From the NCBI RefSeq assembly GCF_009914755.1, contig NC_060927.1: DNA of 64,000 nucleotides. One strand, written 5' to 3'. Position 1 is the stretch's first letter. Every line of letters begins with the position of its first letter. The DNA is from the human T2T-CHM13v2.0 reference genome, Homo sapiens. The notes beneath the pieces were generated by a model that made no database searches, was not told where the DNA came from, and saw nothing but the letters and a program-made list of their open reading frames with translations. Positions 1-12,860 of the stretch are shown here, one piece after another. The translations under genes and the position numbers were made by a program.

Positions 1-270
1 CTCATCAAATGCATGAGTATAGCTAGAGAAGAAAGCAAAAATGTTAGGACTTGTGGTCTCACATACTCCAGCCTTAAAGAGATCAATCAGATGATGACAT
101 ACAAGCAAAGGTGTCAGAGAAAAAGAAGAAAATAAAAAAGAAAATAAAATAAAACGAAAGAAAATGTATTTAAAAAGGAAGTGGTGTTCAACTGGGGCAA
201 ATGCTCTTCATAAGTCAAGATAGATACAAATGGATTTAGCAATGTGGAAACAAGCAATGTAACCTTGGTA
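1..270 (-). mobile_element. LINE-2 fragment
   Basis: Motifs such as 'caaatgctcttcataagtcaag...ggatttagcaatgtgga...accttgg' resemble the antisense L2 consensus. Boundaries approximate. Confidence 0.6.
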
Positions 271-384
271 ATTGCCAATTACTATACGATATATAAATTA
301 ATCATATAATCACCTGAAGAAATGTAAATTTGCTACTGCAAAACAATGGTACAATAAGATTCAACTACAGGAAAATTCACCATA

Positions 385-930
385 GTGAAAGAAGGCTAGG
401 AAGATTTCTTAGAGAAAATGATGGTCAGAAAAATGCTGAATAACTAGTGAGCATTAACTGGGCAACAGAGGGAAGAACTGCCCAAGTCAAGGGAATGTCA
501 GCAGGGGACTAAAAGACAGCAAGTAGAGTTTCTGGAGAACATCAAAGGGAACGAGGGTTAAAATTAGAGGGGATAGATAGGCAGCCCATGCAGTGCCTTG
601 ATATTTACAGGGTTTTCTTTTTTCTGTTGGGTTTTTTTTCAATTATTATTATTTCCTTGTTTGCTTTTTTCTTATTCTAAGAACAATGGGAAGCCATTAA
701 GTGGTTTTAAAAGGGAATGGGGTAGAGATAGGGGTGGTGGAATATTCTTACATTCACACTTTGAAAAAGATCACTGGCTGCTCATGAAAAAACAGATTAG
801 TAGAGACTACTATAGATGACAAAGAGAAAAGGTGAATTGCCTGGAAACTTACAGTAGTCCAGGGAGAAATAATGGTAGATTGGCCCAGAGTGGTCAGTGG
901 TAATGTCAGAGAGAAATTGGCAGATTCACG
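385..930 (-). mobile_element. LINE-2 fragment
   Basis: 'ttattctaagaacaatgggaagccattaagtggtttt', 'gatcactggctgct' and 'gtagtccagggagaaataatggt' are typical antisense L2 3'-region motifs. Confidence 0.7.
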
Positions 931-1486
931 AGAATAGAAATTCCTTTCAAGAATACAGTTGAAACAGCAGTCAGAAAAAATTAACTGAACTTGAATTAAA
1001 TAAGTGCCCTTAAATATTTGTGAATTATTTAAAACATTTTGTTATTCTTCATTTATCTTCATTGCCATCAGTACTGGAGACCAACAAGCAGACACCTAGA
1101 ATGACAGTCCTGATCTTGTCCTCATGTTAGCCCACAGGAAAGTACATTTATGGTGTACTGTGTAAGACAAGTGAAAGTGAAGGGAAAACCATAAATTTTA
1201 TTACTGGAATAATAAGATAAGAAGATAAGATCTTCTTTACCTAAAGTAGTTCTTGTCTGTATTACTGATTCTCGTAATCGAAAATTTCATACATATAAAC
1301 AATTTAGGTGGGAGGAAACTTTATATTAAAAATAACTTGTCAAGAATGACATGCCAAACAAAGCTCATGTAAAAACTGCACACCTAAATTGTATATTCTA
1401 GTTGTTTCTATTTTGAACAGGGCAGATGAAAAGTTACTTGTACATTTGATTCTTGATTATCATGCAATACAAGGTTATTTTAATGA

Positions 1487-1852
<366 letters not shown>

Positions 1853-4800
1853 TAATTTAACTCACTCTTTATGTGTTTTCCCATCTTGGCCAAGCAAAAA
1901 TTACCTACCAGCAGAACAGGATTTCAAAACGTTTCCGTGTAATCTGTTTTCTCTAAGATGGGTTAATCATCTGATGGGCACTGAGTTCACTTAATAAGCA
2001 TGCTGTCTAGAGACAAGGCAGGAATGCTATTTGGCCTGAACAATCACCAAATAGTTCCTGAAGTCATTACCTTACACCTCAGCCAGAAGTTATCTTGGGA
2101 AAGACAATCAAATCTCTTGGCTGCTTACCCAGAGTTTGAGAATCCCAGTAACGTATATTCACAATGATTCACAATGGCATAGGATTGTGATAGCAAATTC
2201 AAATGGAAACTAGGAAATAGAGAGCAAATATCTGTGTATATTAGACACAGCTTCCCCTAGAAATAAAGATAGATGCTCCTATGTAATCTGATGTTTGATT
2301 CATTGAAGACCTGAATTCTGATTGTCAGCAAATAAAACATCACTTTTCATGCATGAAATATTTTTTCCTTATAAAACTGAGGGATTAATTTAGATTTAGG
2401 TAAAATATAGCTGAGATACAAGATAGGTTTTCAAACTCTTTACAAGCCTTTTGGGAAGTGTTAACAAATGCTTTGGGATTTTTCACACTCAAATGTTATT
2501 TAACACATCTGGCACAACAGGTGGCATGGCCAGTAGGTCATTTCAGCATGATAATTTGACTTCATATTTATTAGAGCAAAATATGTGTTTAATGAGTATT
2601 TCTTTTATCACTATTTCAATCATCATAACTCACCATATCTCTCTTTCTTTTTCTGCCTTTTTTCTTTTTAAATATAACAGACAGGTTAAGGGAATGCAAG
2701 TTTTAAAAAGTCTTAGTCATTTTCAGGAGATTTCTTAAAACAAACAACCCACAGCATAGTAAGAGATATACTAAAAGAGCATTTCTTATCATCTTTATTT
2801 GTTCTATTTTAAAATGTAGCAACTAGAAATGTATTTAGTGACACAACAACTCATTCACATTTAATTATTCATCTATTCATTACCCAAATATTTGTTGAGT
2901 TTATGTGTAAGGCCCTAGTCAAAAGTAGTTGTAATATACAGTTTATATTTTAAAATTGATTCCACCACTTAACAGATATATCAATCTCAATGATTTAAAA
3001 TAAAGTATGTATAGTACCAAACATGAATATATGTTTAAAATTTAATTTTGGCAAAAAATTACCCCAGGAAAATAAACATCACCATTTTGCCCTACATGAT
3101 GACATTTATCATTGGCTTCCTAAAACATAATGGAAAGGAAGTTTGCATTATCACTTTATATATTCTATTATTAAACTTTCACTTATACTGATTTCCATAC
3201 CCAAATAAATCTTGACAGAATAGAGTCATACTGCTTTGTTGTTCAAAAGTTCTCTGCAGCCTTAAAGGTAACTGTCATCTTGTAAGCAATGTTTCAAAGT
3301 AGATTAGAGTCTGAACATTAAGTTTTAGATGTCAATTATCTTTATAACTTATAAAACTGATAGAGATGAATACATTTAGATACATTCTATGTTATTAAAG
3401 TTTAAACAAATTAATCAGGATCTGTTTTCTTTTAAAATTATATAACTGCCTTAGCTCTATTGATATTTGTAAAAATATAAATGCAGAATTCAGAATTAAC
3501 CCTGCATAATTAGAGAAGAGGAAAAAGTAACTTAAGGGGAATAATAATGTTGCTGAGAAATGAATAGGATGACAATACAATGATTAAAAATTCATATAAA
3601 ATGCAAGTTGCATCAATTATAAGGAACACAGTGTGAAAGGGTGTTCCTATGTTGAAAGATAATAAAAACTATTTTAATTTTAAATATCAAAGCATTTATA
3701 GTTACAGGTGAGGAAGCACTGAAAATAGATAAAATTTAACCATCTAAATATCAGAAAATATATCAGCTATCTCATATAACATAAGCTATTATTGGTAACT
3801 TTAAAAACAACAAAAGAATGTCAAGAAATCAAAAATTTTAAATGTGAATCCTTATTATCAAAGCTTGTGATAGTGATGCCCAAGTGTGCATTCAAAACAA
3901 TTACTTTTTTTCCAGCTATTTAGAGTAATATGCAAAGTGCAAATGGGAGATGAAATATTTAATTCTTATTCTCGCAACTGGATTCAGCTTAATCAGTTTT
4001 ACCTTAGAAAGAGATCTGTTATGAGTAACAGTATTAGATGTTAAAAGTAGTCACATGCAGTTAATGTCAGGGTGAAACAACTGAAATCAAAGGAGGAAAT
4101 TAATTACATAGACATTCTAGTTGGAATCCAGTTGGCATGCATGATCAAGTGGGTCACATTTTGTTTTCTAAGGAATTTGGTAAACAAGTCTGTGTCTTTT
4201 GATATCTGTACACAGAGTGTACTATTGCTACTCATTTGATCTTACAGAATACTATAGTCTTCCATAGGTTAACTGATTGTATGCCCTATCTGTATGCCTT
4301 ATTCCAGTGAGCCCTGTAATAGCACTTGGTCCAACAGCTTCAGTAATAAAGATAATGAACTCTTCCTGGCACTGTGGAGGTCAAATGATTCATAATTTTC
4401 AATACTAATTCCAAAGACTTGCTAATGTGACCACTATTTCAACCTAATTGACTATTCTTTAGGTTTGTTATTTGGAAGGCCTTAATTTTTGCTCTATGTT
4501 GGTATTTATCATTATTATTTGCACCGTCTGTCTTGTTTATTCTCCCTCTTTTTTTGCTTCTTTTTTTCTTTTCTTGCAACTATAAAGAATATGAGGCCAT
4601 AATCATTCTCTTTTTGTATCTATGCAGTTTACCACCAGATCCTGCAGGTTTTAAAATTATGTAAGAATTCACATTGATATTTAAGAGTTTCAAGTCCCGA
4701 AACATCAGCTGGCTCCCTTCAATTAATTGCTCTTTTTCTGCACAAGGAATCTGCCCACACAACTTACCTTGATGTACTTGGAGCCAATTTCTTCTGACTC

Positions 4801-5382
4801 ACTGTAGCAGTTCTGTAGCTTTCCGGCTGTGATTAATTCTCACATCTGATATTAATTTATATGCTCACTCTTAAGTCATATACTCTTCATTTAGATCTTG
4901 GTTCTATACTCACCTGATCTAGCAGCTTTATCCAGAATAGTCCAAATAAGCCTAGGTAATCCTAGTTCAGGACAACAATTCTCTTTCTTTCTCCAAATGA
5001 ACAGGCACTTTTATGTTTCCAAGTGCCACTGAAGCATCAATTTACTGAGATACATAGCAGTTAACATAATTAAATTGAATCACACAATGAGCTTTGTTGA
5101 GGTCTGAAGGAATTAATAGAACTCCAGGCAAAGAAGAGGTTAAAATTTTTGAACCATTTTAGCTAAGCATCTGAGATGTTTAGATATCATCTTCTATTTC
5201 AGTATAAGGAGATCTAATTTCAGCCAATCGCTGCCCTGTTTATATTTTGGAAACTTCTCCAAATAATTGGAAAATGCATTAGTGCAAAGTCACTCACTCC
5301 TGTCTTTGATGATTTATTTCCCCTCAAGAGAAAAAAAAAATACAATGACATGTTATTTAGTTGCCAAATAAAAAGTTGTCTC

Positions 5383-5742
<360 letters not shown>

Positions 5743-7929
5743 TCAAATATACTTGTTACTCCACCCATTTAATTTTGTATTCTCCTCTTTCATTCACTTA
5801 AAAAATAAAATTGGAACTTATTTATTTTCCTTAAAAAATCATTCTATACTTCACAGAGACTATTGGAAACTACATTTCATAAATCAGTTGAATTATAAGG
5901 AATCATGCAGTGAATTCCTAAACCCCAAACACTCTTTTTTTATAGCTTTTACTTCTTTAGAACTTCTAGACGGATATAAGTTACTTGTTTGTCCAGTAAC
6001 TTGACTGCTTATTACATGTTTACCACTGCTGTAGCAGCTAGATTTGAAAATAAAGGACGTTTTCCAGCAGTACCTAACGCTTATGGTCACATTATAGAAT
6101 ACAAAAGCACACACTGACTTTTTCAGGAGTTTTAAAATAAGTATATTGTTATTTTATTTTCCTCTTTAGAGGCTTAGACATTGGTCAGAAATAGCACTGT
6201 GGCAGTCATCTAGTGGTTCCTATGCCAGGTTGCAGGCATTGGCCTGAGAGGTATTCTGTTACATTCAGTGGGTGAATTCACCTGATGAAGCATGTTATAG
6301 ATGTTATACATACATGTCTTTCTACCTATGTTAACCTTCCCTGAGACCTTGTGTGGGAAAGCCACTATAAAGACATATTCTAAATAGGTCACTCACTGTC
6401 ATGATCTGGTTGTGTCTGTCTCTCCATTATGTCTCTCTATTATCCGCAAGTACATGATGGACCCTTAAGATAATAAATTAAGTTAGATTGGTATTTTAAA
6501 ATTTAACTATCAGAGGCTTAAATTATAAATGAGGTATAAATTGCTGTTTTAATTAATATTATTTGATAGAGTAGTTATTTCAGAGCAAAAATTAAAAAAA
6601 TTGGAGAAATCATGAAATATAATTTTGCAAAACAGATACTTTGAAGCTATGTTGGCAATTACAGCATGCCTGAAATCTATCTAAAATTTATCTTTTCCAC
6701 ATTAAAATATTTTTAACTATTAATATGATCTTAGCATTTCAGGTGGCAATCCTGTGACATTCTTCATATCCAAAGACAAAAGCCATCTCTAGGACACAAA
6801 TAAAACTTTCCAGTGGAGCTTGCTGGAGCACTTCTCGAATTCCTATCCAGCACCGTCATTCTACAATCTGTTTTCTTTCAAAGGGAATATATTTCAACTG
6901 AGATTTTTCCTCTTTGACTGCATGTTATATAAGTACTTCACTGATTTAGTTCTTTCTACTAGGTGATCACATTTTCCTTTTTCTGAGTCTACCGATTTCT
7001 GCAATTTATGGACTGAGCATCTCACACTACTCTCTGGGTGGTTTATGTAAATAACAATAATAAAAGCCCCTGAAGCTGCATCCCTGTTCCCAGTGGTTTC
7101 CCACTGACCTCTTTCAGCTTGAAAAGGTTCTATCTATTGCTGATTTTTTTTTCCTTCCTACTGGCAATTTTCAGCCTACTGTGCTTCTTCATCTCATTTC
7201 TTGACTCTTTCTTGACTTAAGAATTAATTATTGAAATGTATCAGATGCACTCTGAAAATGTCAGTGTATTTAGTTGGATTTACAAAAAAGCACAGCTTTT
7301 CAGCCAACATGATATTGGAAGTGAATATCAAGTAGCACCTTTCTCCACACATCCTTTTCACAGGCAACAGAAAAACATAAGGCAGATGATCTATACCATC
7401 TCTGAAAAGGTTTGTGCTGCATAAGGACATTTGTCTCTATCGCTTTAAAGCATAATGTTTACCTTTGCATTTTAGTGCCTTTTTTCCCATTGAAACTTTA
7501 ACAAACACTTTGTATAGAACTACAAGAGACTCACAGAAGCTGTCCATCTATCCTCCTGCCTCCTAACCAGCCTGGGGCTAATTTAATCTATCCAATTCAG
7601 ACAGTTATTGATCCCAGTAAAAAAAAGAATTCACTACCTCCCTTGTATTGGGTAGAATATTCTACAAACCTGTCCTCACAAATCCAGATACAGGAATTCA
7701 TACACTGAATAGCGCAAAGAGGCAGCTTTCAAGTGAAAACAATTTAAACTCAAAGGTTAAAATCACCTCAAAAGAGATTCTAAAGTATTTATTAAAACAT
7801 CTCAGGTATAGATTTAGGAAGAAAAGAGACATTGTAAGTCATAAGAGAAAATTTTAAAAGATATTTAAATAAATATATATTTAAGTAGTTAAGATTTCAT
7901 CCATATTAAATTGTAAAATAATTATTAGG

Positions 7930-9135
7930 CAAGTTCTACTTTAGGTACTTCTGTTCAATGGTGTATACAAATAACAAAAGAGACAAAATCCCTAGCCTCA
8001 TAGAGCATATACTCCAGAGGGGGAAGACAAACAACAATAATAGCAAGATGAGTAGACATTCTAGTCATGTTTAAAGGTGATTAGTACTATGAAGAAAACA
8101 CAAGGAAGGGATCTGAGACATGCCTAGTGGTAGGGCAACTGCTACTTAAACTGGAGTAATGGAACTCATGGAGAGTACAATGATGGTTACCAGAGGCTAG
8201 GAAAGGTAGTGGGGGATTTAGGGGATGGGACAAGGAATGACTAATGGGTACAAATAAATAGTTACAAAGAATGAATAAGATTGAATATTTGATAGCACAA
8301 TGGGGTAACTAAATTCAATAATAAATTTAATTGTACATTTTTAAATAATCAAGAGTATACTTGGATTCTTTGTAACACTATGGATAAATGCTTGAGGTGA
8401 AGGAGATCGCATTTACTCTGAAGTAATTATTATACATTGTGTATCTGTATCAAAATATCTCATATAACCCATAAACATATACATCTGCCATGTACCCACA
8501 AAAAATAAAAAAATATAAAGATAAATAATAAATAAATAAATAAATAAGTAAATGAAATACTCGGGGTAAGGTCTTAATGAGAAGACGATGTTTGGACAGA
8601 ATGAAGGTGGGGAGGGAGCAGCCATGAGGCTATTGGGGGATGAGCACTATGAGTTAAGTATAAGATCAGAGCAAGGGCCCCAAGGCAGGAGTATGCTTGC
8701 CATGCTTAAGGAGCAAGGGGTCTGGAATGGGTGAAGAAGATGGAGGCCAGGATCAAAAGGAAGTCAGGAGGAGAGAAGAGTGGATGAAATTGGTGGGGTA
8801 ACAGGACCTGGTTGCATGGGGACAAGTAGGCCAGCTCAAGGGCTCAACTTTTACTCTGAGTGCAATGGCAAAGCATTGGCAGGGCAGCGGAAGAATGGCA
8901 TGCTCTGCCTTATGAATTTAAATGGAAATTATGGTTGCTTTGTTGGTGAGGGTTCAAGATGTTATTGTAATACTATAGGGAAGAGTTAATGGTGGTTTTT
9001 ATTATGTGCTAGTGTGGCGTTGGTGAGAAGAAATTGCATTTAATTTAAAATTATAGCCAGGAGACTTTTCTGGAAGTTTGGAGGCAGAATGCAGAGAAAG
9101 GAAAGAGTCAAGGGTGTCTCTAAGGCTTTGGCTGA
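7930..9135 (-). mobile_element. LINE-2 (L2a-like), interrupted by an L1MA 3' end
   Basis: 'agacaaaatccctagcctcatagagcatatactccag' before the L1. 'ttttactctgagtgcaatggcaaagcattgg...gagtcaagggtgtctctaaggctttggctga' after it. Ends at the first base of the inverted-repeat arm. Confidence 0.75.
8161..8545 (+). mobile_element. L1MA-type LINE-1 3' end with A-rich tail
   Basis: 'atgatggttaccagaggctaggaaaggtagtgg...ggataaatgcttgaggtga...gtatcaaaatatctcat...gtacccacaaaaataaaa'. Confidence 0.9.
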
Positions 9136-9562
9136 TTGTTAAAAGCCCAAGCAATTTCTACCTCAGTGGCTTTTGATGTTATTACTGGATTGCCATAAAA
9201 TAATTGTTCATAATGAGGTTCTAGTTGCTCTTTGGGGAAATTTTAAATTGAAGTTGTTAAAAATAAAAAATCTCCATGCTTTTAAAAAGTACTAGTAATT
9301 ATTCAACATTTTTATTTTGTTGGATAATGGTATTTTCCTGACTGTGTGTCTTCTTTTATTTCCTAGTTGACCATAAGTGTTGTTGAACTTTTCATTGTGT
9401 TGGAAGGGGGAAGGCTAAAGTTGGGGGTAGACTTTGATTCTGACACAACAAATAAATGGATCATGGAGAAAATAAAAAAAACAGGCAAAAGAGAGATTAA
9501 CAAGGAAGGAGTCTCAGAAAGAAAACAGTCAACACGATTCAGAAGTAAGATGTAACTTTATA
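9136..9562. repeat. Left arm of long inverted duplication
   Basis: Reverse complement of 9796-10232. Manual alignment gives about 25 substitutions plus two short indel regions over ~430 bp. Confidence 0.97.
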
Positions 9563-9577
9563 TAAAGAGTGTTACGT

Positions 9578-9782
9578 GGGCTGGGTGTGGTGGCTCACGC
9601 CGGTAATCCCAACACTTTGGGAGGTGAAGGTGGGAAAATCACTTGAGACCAAGAGTTCAAGACCAGCCTATGCAACATTGCGATACCCCATCTCTACAAA
9701 AAATTAAAAATTATTCAGGCATAGTGGTGCATGCCTGTAGTCCCAGCTACTCAGGAGGCTGAGGTGGCAGGATGGCTTGAGC
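9578..9782 (+). mobile_element. 3'-truncated AluJ forming the spacer of the inverted repeat
   Basis: ggctgggtgtggtggctcacgcc...tctctacaaaaaattaaaaatta...ggcaggatggcttgagc, then an abrupt end within the right monomer. No A tail and no 3' TSD. Confidence 0.93.
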
Positions 9783-9795
9783 TGTTGAATGAAAT

Positions 9796-10232
9796 TATGA
9801 AGTTACATCTTACTTCTGAATCGTGTTGAATATTTTCTTTCTGAGATTCCTTCCTTGTTAATTTCTCTTTTGCCTATGTTTTTTTTCTTGTTTTCTCCAT
9901 GGTCCATTTATTTTTTGTGTCAGAATGAAAGCCTACCCCCAACTTTAGCCTTCCCCACTCCAATACAATGAAAAGATCAACAACACTTATGGTCAACCAG
10001 GAAATAAAAGAAGATACATAGTCAGAAAAATACCATTATCCAACATAATAAAAACGTTTAATGTTTACTAGTACTTTTTAAAAGGATGGAGTTTTTTATT
10101 TTTAATTTTAACAACTTCAATTTAAAATTTCCCCAAAGAGCAACTAGAACCTCATTATGAACAATTATTTTATGGCAATCCAGTAATAACATCAAAAGCC
10201 ACTGAGGTAAAAATTGCTTGGGCTTTTAACAA
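9796..10232. repeat. Right arm of long inverted duplication
   Basis: Begins tatgaagttacatcttacttctgaatcg and ends ttgcttgggcttttaacaa. Reverse complement of 9136-9562. Confidence 0.97.
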
Positions 10233-12589
10233 GCATTGCAGCTATGCAAGATTCCTTCTTGCTCATTTCTGATTTCTAGAAACATACCTGTTGATCATTA
10301 GCACTGTTATCTTATTACATAAATAGAACTGATGGATGTATATTTGGAAAAGCCCTGTGTGTTTTTCTCCACCTACTCATTGAAAACAAAGGCTTTAGAA
10401 GGAAAAATATGGAGAATTTGTATTGTAACATCGATATTCTAAGCACAAAAACAAGTGTACCATATAACTGCATTTTTCTAAATTCAACAAAATGGTATTT
10501 TGTGCCATCATTTCATATGTGCCTGCCCTCCTCCTTTTCTTTTTCTCTTTCTCTTTCATTGTCAGTATTTTCCTCATATCTTTCATCCCTGTGACTCCAT
10601 CCTGCAGCTCCTGAATAAAAGTCTCTTTCTCTACACTTAATGTCTCATGTCTGCTTTAGAGTCTTATCCCAGTCCTAAGATCTTCTGAGGAAAAATTTCT
10701 CAGGAATCCCTCTGAACCATCTAGAGCTCACATTGTCTTCCCGTGACTCAGGGGGTAACTCTCCCCAAGCTGCCCTTCCAATTTCTCTTCTACTCATTGA
10801 TTTTTCTTCATGTTGTCAGAGATAGATGTGTCTTATCTCCCCACCTCCATCATGTCTTTTCAAATCTTTTGTTAAGTCCAAGTTTTTTCTCTGAGGGCTG
10901 AGGCTTTTAAAATCAAAAAGCTAGGAAAGAGTTCGTTTTCCTCTAATTTTTGAATTTACATTTTCCCTGTTGTCAGGATACTGAATAACCTGACTTCTGC
11001 CTGATTTCAGAAGGTAAAACAGGATGAAGAGAAGACCAAAGCAGATCTGGAAATATAAGAAAAATATGTAATAATATTTCAAAAATATTAACATTGACTA
11101 CCAGAAATACTACAGATAACATCCTGTACTCGCTTGACTCTTAAATTGCTTGTTTATCAATTCACCAACACCAAGCAATTTCATTTACATTTTGGAGAAT
11201 TATGTATCCTGTTTTCAATATTTTCTTTTACTCATGCATTCTTCATCTATGAAGCTTCCATCTTACGAGATGGAAATTAAATAATTTCTTAAAATTAGAA
11301 ATTAATTTGTTTTATGATCACCTATGAATAGTTAACACATTACTTAAACACAGATCTTCATATTATGTGACAAACAATTTTCTACTTAACACTTCCTTGT
11401 ATGTTTGTATATTAATATAAATAAATTGTCTGCCCTCCAATTAGAAGGAAAGAGTAAATAAGATACTTGTAGTACATGATGAGAGATTATTAGGATACAG
11501 GAGAAAGTGAAGGCAACATCAATGGGAGAAAAAGAATGAGAGGCAGAGAATCAACCCATCTTGGCTGAGCTGCTTCAAGAATGGTAAAACCTTTATTCTT
11601 CTATGATGTTCTGGTGCCTTATAAAGAGGATACTAAATGGGTATGACAGCAGAAATACAGTAAAGACTATAAATGTAATATGCAGGCTGTTTCAGTGTTT
11701 AAAATAGAATGAAAAATTTGGAAATTTATGAACATTTAGAATCTCATTAGTTTCATAAATAACCACAGTCTCAATGAGATCATCAAAACTGCTAGCATAA
11801 TCAGGTTTATACTGATTTACTTTTTAATATTACTCATTTTGACAATGAGGAGCAGTTTCTGAATGAATTATGTGCTGTAGGATGACACTGTATGGAAAGG
11901 AGAACTAGAGTGGGCCTCATATGAGGAGGCGTACTAACTGATACAGTAAAACTTTTTGATATAAAGGAGTTTCCTCTATAAGCTGCTATGGCATTTAATG
12001 CAAAGAAATATGGTTCATTTTTAACATTTTATTATAATATAAAACATCCTTTCAATATGTTTTTAAAAATGCATGTGTGTGAAATTGTTTTATAAATTGA
12101 GAACTTTTCCCCCTGTTGAACCATAATCTCCATTAGTAGAAAAAGAAGATTATGTAGATTTTTTTCTCTATCAAACCCTCAGGAACATTCCTCTTCCAGA
12201 CATCAAAGCCTTTCTCTCATCATACTGCTCTTAATAGGCCTCAATATTGTTAGCTTTTAAAATGAAAGTATTGAGAAGTTCATTTATATTCTTCTTATAA
12301 TCAACTTTATCTTATTTATGTCTAGACATCCATTTAAAAAAAAAATAAGCAGACAGCATTGCCAAAAGAAACGAAGCAGGCGAAATAGCCTAAATTGTCC
12401 TTATGTCTCCTTTCTAGTCAATTTATTTCTCTACCCAGGTTTCTGATGGGTATCTGTGTTTGTGCAGGAACTCTGACTGTATCTACTTCAGCTGAACGCT
12501 CACTTATCTGAGTCTAATAATGTCAGGGCCCTAGATGCAAATAGGATGGAGAAGACTGGAAGAGAGATTGTGTTAGTCACATCACGCAT

Positions 12590-12860
12590 TTCTCAGTTTC
12601 ACATCATCTGAAAAACTTTCCCTGCCTGGTTTCCTCAGTCTTTCCACAGCTGCCCTCATCCTAATCCCATTTAGGGGGGTTTCCTTTATGCACTTTTATG
12701 GTGGCCTGTATTTGCCTCTCTCAGGTGTTTACCACATGTTTTTGTCTTTATTGATATGTTCTTTTATCTTTCTAAACTGTAAGGAACTTTACTAGTTCTT
12801 AATATAGCAACTAGTCATCTGTAAGTATTCAATGTTGTCTGGTGGATAAATGAATTAATT
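12590..12860 (+). mobile_element. LINE-2 3' end
   Basis: 'cacatcatctgaaaaactttccctg...aactgtaag...aagtattcaatgttgtctggtggataaatgaatt'. Confidence 0.6.

Noticed and set aside
4762-4850. Consensus minus-strand donor AAG|GTAAGT at 4768/4767
   Set aside because: Upstream AGs lack a pyrimidine tract and the translations are unrecognisable. An isolated donor is expected by chance.
9136-10232. G-U-compatible substitution bias between arms as a clue to the transcribed strand
   Set aside because: Transitions split roughly evenly between plus-compatible and minus-compatible, and many differences are transversions, so there is no strand signal.
9136-10232. Interpreting the inverted repeat as a MITE or DNA transposon
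   Set aside because: No TSD or recognisable TIR family, and the centre is a broken Alu. A Dfam search is still needed to exclude this fully.
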